Below, in pieces: positions 20,916-29,400 of a stretch of 32,000 bases of DNA; within the stretch, counting starts at the first letter, position 1, and every line of letters starts with the position of its first letter. Source of the DNA: Desulfobulbus propionicus DSM 2032 (GTDB lineage: Bacteria; Desulfobacterota; Desulfobulbia; Desulfobulbales; Desulfobulbaceae); the NCBI RefSeq assembly GCF_000186885.1, contig NC_014972.1:2340001-2372000 (forward strand), read 5' to 3'. The position numbers and the translations under genes were made by a program. The notes below the pieces were generated by a model. The model had not been told where the DNA came from. It was given only the letters and a program-made list of their open reading frames with translations, and did no database searches.

Positions 20916-22343
20916 ATGAAACAGCTTATTACCATCGAGCCAATCACTCGCATTGAAGGACACGCCCGAATCCAACTCTTTCTCGATGACGCCGGCCAGG
21001 TACAAAATGCTCGTTTCCAAGTGACCCAGTTCCGGGGTTTTGAAAAATTCGTCGAGGGTCGGCCGTTTTTCGAGATGCCGTCGCTCACAGCCAGAACCTG
21101 CGGCATCTGCCCCATCAGCCACGAACTGGCTTCGGCCAAGGCTTGCGACCAGCTACTGGCGGTCGCCATTCCGGAAACCGCCAAGCAACTGCGACGGGTG
21201 CTCAATCTGGGGCAGATTATCCAATCCCATGCCCTCAGCTATTTTTACCTTTCCGCCCCTGACTTTCTCCTGGGCATGGACCACCCCCCGGCATCCCGCA
21301 ATTTCTTCGGTCTCGCCGCCGCCCATCCGCAGTTTGCCCGTGACGGGATCAGGTTGCGCCAATTCGGCCAGCAGGTGATCGAACGCCTGGCCGGACGGCG
21401 CATTCATCCGGCCTGGGTGGTGCCCGGCGGGGTCCGTTCGCCGCTGGATGAACGAGCGCGAGACGAGCTGCTTCGAGAAATTCCCACGGTCAAGACCCTT
21501 GCCCTTGATCATCTGCATCGCTTTAAGCAATCGCTTGAACAACACGAAGAATATATCCAAATTTTCGCCCATTTTCCCAGCCTCTTTCTGGGGCTAACCG
21601 ACAGAGACGGCAACCTGGAACATTATGACGGAGGGATGCGAATCATCGACCCCACCGGAGCCCTGGTCGTCGATCATCTCGCTCCTTCACGCTATAGAGA
21701 AGTGATCGACGAGGCTGTTGAACCGTGGACTTTTCTCAAATTCCCCTACTATAAGCCTCAAGGATATCCCGAGGGGATGTATCGGGTCGGACCGCTTGCC
21801 CGTCTCAATCTTGCCGCCCGATGCGGCACCGAACTGGCGGATCAGGAATTACTCCAGTTCCGGAGTCTTGTGGATGGCCTGCACCTTGGTTCCTTTTATG
21901 CCCATTACGCTCGGCTGATCGAGGTGGTTTATGCGATCGAGATGATCGAGAAACTGCTGAGTGATCGGGCCATTCTCGACAGCACCGTGCGAGCTGTGGC
22001 CGGAGTGAATAAGTGTGAAGGAATAGGCGTGACCGAGGCCCCACGTGGGACGTTGATCCACCACTATAGGGTCAATGACGATGGTCTGCTCGAATGGGCC
22101 AACCTGATCATTGCCACGGGTCACAACAATCTTGCCATGAATCGCGGCATTCTCCAGGCGGCTCGGCGTTATCTTGACGGCGTCACCCCACGCGAGGGGT
22201 TGCTCAACCGCATAGAAGCGGTAATTCGCGCCTTTGATCCCTGCCTGGCCTGTTCCACCCATGCGGTTGGGGCCATGCCCCTGATTGTCGAGGTGATCGG
22301 TCCCGATGGCTCGATCCTGGGTCAACTCCAGCGGGATAATTGA
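20916..22343 (+). CDS. hoxH: Bidirectional [NiFe]-hydrogenase large subunit HoxH
   Basis: 475 aa. L1 RTCGICPISH and C-terminal DPCLACSTH Ni ligands, with a ~26-aa C-terminal extension expected to be processed. Confidence 0.95.
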   Translation: MKQLITIEPITRIEGHARIQLFLDDAGQVQNARFQVTQFRGFEKFVEGRPFFEMPSLTARTCGICPISHELASAKACDQLLAVAIPETAKQLRRVLNLGQIIQSHALSYFYLSAPDFLLGMDHPPASRNFFGLAAAHPQFARDGIRLRQFGQQVIERLAGRRIHPAWVVPGGVRSPLDERARDELLREIPTVKTLALDHLHRFKQSLEQHEEYIQIFAHFPSLFLGLTDRDGNLEHYDGGMRIIDPTGALVVDHLAPSRYREVIDEAVEPWTFLKFPYYKPQGYPEGMYRVGPLARLNLAARCGTELADQELLQFRSLVDGLHLGSFYAHYARLIEVVYAIEMIEKLLSDRAILDSTVRAVAGVNKCEGIGVTEAPRGTLIHHYRVNDDGLLEWANLIIATGHNNLAMNRGILQAARRYLDGVTPREGLLNRIEAVIRAFDPCLACSTHAVGAMPLIVEVIGPDGSILGQLQRDN

Positions 22344-22489
22344 AAAAAAAAAAGCGGAAAAAGCGAGAATCTCTATGATTCTTTGCCCGAATCATGAAGT
22401 AAAGGGTGGAAATCGCCCTCCCCGGACGACGCCTGACCAGGCTGTGTCGATTATCGCAACAATCAGTTCTTGATTGCGTGCCTTAGTCG

Positions 22490-22966
22490 CTATTCAATTC
22501 GAATTCGCCCCACACGATTTATCACCACCTTCAACGGTGATATTTGGGATGAGTTTTCAAATGTTACAGTACCAATGAAAGAAGGTATGCCATCGGGCCT
22601 AAATCGGGTCCGATTGTTGGTAAAAGTTGTACTGTCGATCACCACCCCCGGTGGCGTGGTCACGTTGCGCAACAGCCGATCATCGGCATCCTCGGTCCAA
22701 TTCAAGTTTTTATCGATAAAGACCCGGTAGGAGGAACCCGCTCCGGTGTTGCAGACCACCGCCACATGCTCCGCTTCCCGGATGGCTGTTATCTTGGCCA
22801 ACTGCAGGTCGCCGACAAGATTGTTGACGGCTCCCCGCAGTTGTCGTTCCGCCCGCCAACCAATCATGTTGGGAATGGCAATCGCGCTCACAATCGCCAT
22901 GATCCCAATCGTAACCACAACCTCGATCAACGTAAAGCCATGCTGATTCGCTGTTTTGTTCACCAT
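22490..22966 (-). CDS. Type IV pilus/type II secretion minor pseudopilin, FimT/GspH-like
   Basis: Start trimmed to MVNKTANQHGFTLIEVVVTIGIMAIVSAIAIPNM (class III prepilin cleavage site G/FTLIE). The C-terminal region is GspH/FimT-like. Confidence 0.82.
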   Translation of the reverse strand: MVNKTANQHGFTLIEVVVTIGIMAIVSAIAIPNMIGWRAERQLRGAVNNLVGDLQLAKITAIREAEHVAVVCNTGAGSSYRVFIDKNLNWTEDADDRLLRNVTTPPGVVIDSTTFTNNRTRFRPDGIPSFIGTVTFENSSQISPLKVVINRVGRIRIE

Positions 22967-23007
22967 ACCGGCATCCGCTGAAAACGGCAACCTGGGGACG
23001 CTACGGG

Positions 23008-23445
23008 TCAATTCTTCCACACCCCGCCCTCCTGCCGAAAAGGAACAACGTTCTTTTGTTGGGTTGCGGGGACCGGTTCCTGGCCGACCGATGGCCCCTG
23101 CTCCGTCACTTCCCACATCTTGGTCAGCACCGAACCAAGGGCATAGAATTTCACCGCCATGCCGGTTTTAAAATAGGCAACGCTGGTCGGGCCGCCCGAA
23201 CGGGTGCGAAAAACCGCCTCCTTGTCGATGGTATACACACTGTCGTTGATAACAATGATCTGTGACGAGCCGGGCTGCTTCTCCCGGATCCCTTCGACCA
23301 CGCCGGTGAACTCTTCGGCGCCCAGGGCGATGACGTCACCATGCGTGTCATAACGCCGCTCCGCCAAGGCGTTCCCATCGCCGAGCAGGACAATCCCCAG
23401 CACACACACCAACAGGCAGACGGCTTTGCTCCATTGCATAGTCAT
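23008..23445 (-). CDS. Small secreted protein between pilY1 and the pseudopilin, PilY2-like
   Basis: 145 aa with an N-terminal signal peptide (MTMQWSKAVCLLVCVLGIVLLGDGNALA). The assignment is mostly positional. Confidence 0.5.
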   Translation of the reverse strand: MTMQWSKAVCLLVCVLGIVLLGDGNALAERRYDTHGDVIALGAEEFTGVVEGIREKQPGSSQIIVINDSVYTIDKEAVFRTRSGGPTSVAYFKTGMAVKFYALGSVLTKMWEVTEQGPSVGQEPVPATQQKNVVPFRQEGGVWKN

Positions 23446-23466
23446 TCTCCGCTCACGAAATAGATG

Positions 23467-26400
23467 TTATTTCCATTCAAGTTCGCGCCAGTAAATGATG
23501 GGCGTTCCCTCGACATTGGCTATCGGAGTCAGCAGTTCATCCTTTTCAGGCGTATACAATCGCTGATATTCACCAGTTGTATCGACAACGGTGACCGCCG
23601 GAGTGATGCCTTCGACCTTGAATGCCGATGGTGCGACATAGATCGGCTTCGCCGGCGTACCAATGTTAATGTAATCGTCGGCGTCGATCTCATCATCCTT
23701 GTTGAGATCAAAGAAAGCGCTTCCCAACAGCCCGCCGGTACAAGCATCAACCGCCCAGTTATAGGACGAGCCGCCGCTCTCGCAGGGGGAATCCGACGGG
23801 ATGGTGCTGGTGAAAATCAGCTTGCCGTTGATGATGGTCATGTCTCGGACAATCCGCTCTCCATTGGCCGGCAGATCGAAATACCAGCCTACGTGCCGTG
23901 CTGTTTTTTTGCTGCTCGCGGCAAACTCGGCCTGTTCGGAGGGCAGATACCAATCGATGTAGTTATCGGAAACCACGCGAATTATTTCATCATACAAGTC
24001 GGAATCGGTGGCACCGTAGACGGTTTCCTGCTTGGTGCCGTCACTGTTGTAGTTGACCCCTCCGGCCCAAATCTGCGTCTGACGAAGCAGGGTCACATAG
24101 GGGGCGCTGGCCGTGCCGACCACGGTGGCCGCATTGGAAAGGCTGCGCACCGCGCCGCAATTGGTGGTGCAGGACGCATACTCGCTCATGCAGTCAGCCT
24201 CGCAATCGCTGTCTCCGCTGCAGTCATACAGGCATGTTCCGGAGGTGGTGGCGGTGCCGAGGGTCGCGGTGCAGGCTGAAGTGCAGGCAGTGGCCACGGT
24301 GGTGTTTTTCGCCTGAAAGGTCCCCAGATAGGTCTGTTCGGGCGTGGTATTGCCCGCAGCCTTCCATGAGTTCGACCAATCCCAGAGGCCATACATGGTC
24401 TGCACGCTCTGATCGAGGAAGTCGGTGCCCGGGTCAAGGATCCGGCCCGTGCCAAAAATGATCATGTAGCCTTTTTCGTCCGTGGGGCAGGCCGAGGTGA
24501 TCACCGGCTGCACGGTGATCGGCTGCCGATAACCTGCCTCGCTCCTGGCCTGGAACATGGGCTGCTTGACGGCGGCGCTGTTTTCAAAATAAATCTCCCA
24601 ATCGTCCTTCGTTACCGCGTTGATGTCAAACTTCCATAGATTGCCCAGCAGATCGCCCGCGTAGACGAAATCGTTGATCGTGTCTCCCTGGGGAAAGATC
24701 AAGGCCGGGGTGGAGAGGCCGTTGCACTCCGTGCCGCTGGTATTGTTGCCGACACCGGTATCGATGATCTTCGTCCACTGAATCTGGCCAAAATCGCTTA
24801 GGCCAACGGTGAACAATACCGCGTGTCCATTGGCACTCTCGTAGCCGTTGCCGAACACCAGCACCCAATCTGTGCCGCTATCGTTGGTGGAAGCAATCTG
24901 GGGCCGGGAGAAGCTGTACCCCAGATTGTCTTTCACCTCGGCGGCGGCAACATACCCGGCGGTGGAGGTAGTCGTATACTCCCATAGCACGATTTCCGAG
25001 GCATAGTTTTCAATGTCCGTTTTATGCTGGGCGGCGGAGGTCAGATCAAGGGCAAAGAACCCCTTGCCGCCTTTGCCGAGTCCTCCCACAAGGACCACCT
25101 TGCCACCTAGATCCTTGACCGTGACGTAACCATCGACAAAAGCGGTGTGGGTATAGGCTTCCTGCGAAAGCAGATGAAGATTGCCAAAGATCGCCTGCGG
25201 AATATAGGCAAAAACTTCGTCGCCGGTTGTACCGTCAAAAATATGGAGCATGCCGTCGTTGCCGCCGACAATCACCCAATCTATACCCAGGGTGGTGTTG
25301 GAATAGTGGTACGGCTCGGAGTTGATAAAATCTCCGAGCTTGCTGGAACGATTGCGGAAATTCCTCACACCACCGGTGTCGTTCCGCCGTTCATAGGTGC
25401 TGTCGCCGCGCAGATAATTGAAAATGTATTCATCCTGCTGCAACTGCGCCTGCATGGTAGCATTCAACGAGTTCCAGCGGAAAGGCAGCCCGTTGCCGCC
25501 AATATCGGCGGTGATGATCTGTCGGTCGGCCGCAGCCACGCCGGCGATTTGTTTGGCCGCCGACCATTTGACCTCCGGAGGATTCAGCAGACAGCTGCTT
25601 CGGGCGCTGCCGCACGCGGTCTGGCAACTGCTGGTGGTGCAGTTGACAAGACAGGCATCGTAGGACTCCGAGCAGGATTCTCCACTGCACGAACTGGTGC
25701 AGGTGGTCTTGGTCGCCGTACAGGACGCCTCGCAAATGGCATCGCCGTTACAGGCAGCAACGCAACTGGTGTAATCCGCGCTACAACTCGCCTGGCAGCT
25801 GACTTTGCTGCAAGCCGCCACTTTACCGGAGCTATCCAGGCATTTCGCCAGCACATCGCCGTTCCAGTCGCTGGAGTCATAGGTGGTCTGGAACAAGAGG
25901 GTATCTTCCTCGATTTTATTGGCATTGATGGACACCGACGACGCGGTGCCGGTCTGCTCCTCGATCAGATCCCTGATGGTCTGCATGGCCGCAACCAACT
26001 CCGCCGGATCGGCGGCATTGAGGAAGGCCCCACGGCTGTTGACCGCGGCATGATACAGGTCATCGATCCGCTTGGGCGATTCATTGGAGTAGTTGGGGTC
26101 TTCTGTCCACCAGGCCGGGCATTTGCCGTCATACGGCCCGCCCGTGCTTGAGTAGCCCGAGTAGGCCAGGGAGGTCAGATCGCTGATGAGGGGGCAGTCC
26201 GCCCCTCCTGGCTCATCGCATTTGGGCAGACAATCAGGGAACAGATCCGGTTCGTATTCACCGGCTACGCCGAACGCCACGGTGTAGGTTACCAGATGCT
26301 GCTTGGCGTTTTCGTCATAGCCTTTGCTGGGCACGTTATCCCCTAAACCGCCGTCCAGATCGGTGGCATAAAAATACATGGCCACATCGGCCAGGGTATA

Positions 26401-29400
26401 TTTGGCACTGTCCTTAAGTACGGCATAGGTGTTGTAAGCGCTGTTGCCATCGATATTAACGATGCTGTAAAAATCCTCGTTATAATAGCCATCGGTCATG
26501 GCAACCACATAGGCTCGCTGGCATTCACCGCCGGAATCGTCGCAAGTATCGAGATCGTCGTTCTTGTCGGCATCCCAAAAGACCGAGGTGTCTGCCGAGG
26601 TGCAGGTACTGCCCTGGTTGGTGCCTAGACCGGAGGTGGTCAGCAAGCCGGAATAATCGCCGGATGTTCCCTTTTCGAAATACTTGCCCACCTCGTATAA
26701 GCCGCGGCGCAAGGGAGTGCTTCCCGAGGCCCTGATGTTATAGATGGTTGACAGAAAAGCAACTTTCTCCGCGCTGTCGGCGGTGGTCATCTCCACCAGC
26801 GGTTCGGACACGCTCCGATTGATGGTGTGCAAACCTAATTCAACGCCCTTCATGCCCTCGACCGTCAGGCCTATGGCCGCTTTGGTGGTCAGCATGCGTT
26901 TGCGGTAAAAGGAGAACCAGTCGGCAAAATCCTGGCGCACCATGTAGGCCAGCTGGCTGGCGTTGGTGATCTGATTGCCGGCCGCGTCATACCGTTTGGG
27001 TATGACCGAGGTTGGAACCTCGGCACCCGTTTTTTCAGTCAACTCGCCGTTATCGACCACATTATCCGAGTCGGCGTCGGTGAACAGATAGTAGTGCAGG
27101 GAATAGTCCCCCACGCCGTAACCGGAGCCGGGAATGGTCACGAGATAAACATCTTCTCCCGCTTCCTGTTCGCCATCGCCGTCGGTGTCGTTCCATGTGT
27201 AATAGTGAGCGTTGGGCACGACAATGGTGGCGCTGGAGGTCTGCGCCTTGAAGGCAATCTTCGAACTGTTGAGTCGCAGCCAACGCGCCCCGTAGCGTGG
27301 AGTTTTCCCCCATCCGTTATCATAGCTCTGATCAATAGTATAAGTCGAGGAGACCAGCTGATTGCTCGTGTTGTAATACGAAATGGTATACGTGGCCTTG
27401 CCGTCCCTGGCCGAATCTTCGTTGACCCAGACATACACATAATAATTGCCGGCCTGGGCGGCGGTGAGATTCAATCCCCAATAGGCGGAACGGCCGGCAA
27501 CCTCGGTGAACCGTCCATTGCCATTCCAGGCGTATTGCGGGTCATTGGTGGTATCATACCAATTGCCCAGTTCGGAGTAGACTGTGCTGTCAGAATTGTC
27601 GAAAATGATCTCCGGCTTGTAGGGGATGCTCGTGGTCGAAAAACTGCTGACCGGATAGCCCTTGCTGACGCTTGACTGAATATCGTACCGGGTAGACAGA
27701 CCAACGGCATCGGCATAGGTGGAAGTGCCGGTGCTGCTGGTTGTCCTGGTCACCGTTACCTGTTGCCCGGCACTGACCGTGAAATATTCGGCATTGAGCT
27801 CAATCTGGTAGTTGCTCCGATTCGATGCCGAATCGCCGGGGTGATACATGGAACCGTAGGTGGTGCTGGCATCATGGGAGTTCATACGCGGAAAATCCAT
27901 GTCCGCGTGGGTGTAGCCGGTGGCGTAGGCCGTTTCCGGAAAAGTGGCCCCGGTGGCGGTCGGATTGTATTCGCGTTCGTGGGCCCGAACATTGGCACTG
28001 CCAACCACCTCTTCCCACTTCGGCCACGGGGTGTAGGTCACGCTGGGGTTGAAATAAATCCGGTTATAGCCAAACCATTGACTCTTCCACAGCCGCCGTT
28101 CAGCCAGGCTCAGGGCGGGATAATCGCTATCACTGTAGGTTTTTTGGATCACGTTGCAAGGAAAGACATAGCCATCGCCGTTGAACCGCTGATTATCCTC
28201 GCTGGTCATAAATTCCCAGTCCATACTGCCCGAGTCGTCGAGCAGGAACATGATCAACGGCGGCGCGGGCTTGACCGCAGCATTGGCCGGTACATCCGAG
28301 GCGGTCACGCACGTCACCTCCGAACCCTTGTCCTTGGGGCCGTCATAGCAGTCTTCGTCGGCAGCCGTCGCCGGATCGTCGTATAAACCAGGGGCGACAC
28401 TGGTCGAGGTATCGTCGCAATCGCCCTGATTCTCGGTGTAGCCGTCGCCGTCGTCATCTTTATCGTTGCCGCTGCAGGCCAGATCGGAACCGTTGCAATC
28501 CTGATCGATGCCGTCACCGCAGACCTCGGCGGCCCCGGGATAGATCGACATATTGGTGTCGTCGCAATCGGCCTCGGTACTGGCGGAACAGGTTCCTCCC
28601 TGGGAACTGACGGTATAACTGTCACCATCGGCATCCTGGCAGGGCTCGACAAAGACAGCCTCGACATTGCGATCCTTGTCCATGATCACGGTAATCGAGG
28701 GATCGGTGGCGGTGGCCGAACCGATATCGCCCTTCCACAACGAGAAATACCACCCGGCCTTGCCGGCGGCACTGAGGGTGACGGTTGTGTTTTGCGGATA
28801 GATGTATTGGTTTTGCCCTACCCAGGTGTCTCCTTCAGGCGAACGACTGATTGTGCCGTTGGTGGCGGTAAGGCTCAGGACGTGGGAGTCGGCATCGTAC
28901 AAGCCGGTGACCTGCTGATCGATGAAGTTGTTTTGCAGATCGATGAGAATGTCGGCGGGTTTCTGCCAACCATCAATGGCCAGAAATTCGACCAGAATGT
29001 AACGGACATCGCAGGACCCGGTATCGCCCGGAGCCGAAAAGGAACCTCCATGCACACCGGCCTTGAAGGGCGTGGCGTCGATTTTATTGGACGAGGCGTC
29101 CGCCTTGTAGGCCCTCCAGCCGTTGCTGTGACTTTGCACATAAAGATCCTCGTCTGTGCCGGTGGCGCCGTCATCGGCACCCAACAAGACCGTTACCGTG
29201 GCGTTGCCGAATCGTGCGAGAATGCTGTGGGTTGAGTCGGTGACGTTGCTGAAGGTATGGGTGTTGCCGGTGTAATTGTCGGTATCCGAGGCATAGCCTC
29301 CCAGAGCATTGCCGTCCACCTCAAGTTCCGTGACGCACGATCCACCATCAGCGGTCAGGGTGAAACTTTCGTTGCCGCCGTGGTCGGCGATGACTCCTTC

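Noticed and set aside
20340-21122. - strand ORF of 260 aa
   Set aside because: Antisense to hoxY/hoxH. Both plus-strand proteins have diagnostic hydrogenase ligands.
23464-24279. + strand ORF of 271 aa
   Set aside because: Antisense to the pilY1 C-terminus; shadow ORF.
25147-26151. + strand ORF of 334 aa
   Set aside because: Antisense to the well-supported pilY1 reading frame, with low-complexity Ala/Gly/Arg composition typical of shadow ORFs in GC-rich coding DNA.
28345-28660. Possible thrombospondin type 3 or calmodulin-like domain
   Set aside because: The Asp-rich motif superficially fits, but the CGDGIDQDCNG and DCDD...P spacing matches the MopE-like metal-binding motif better.
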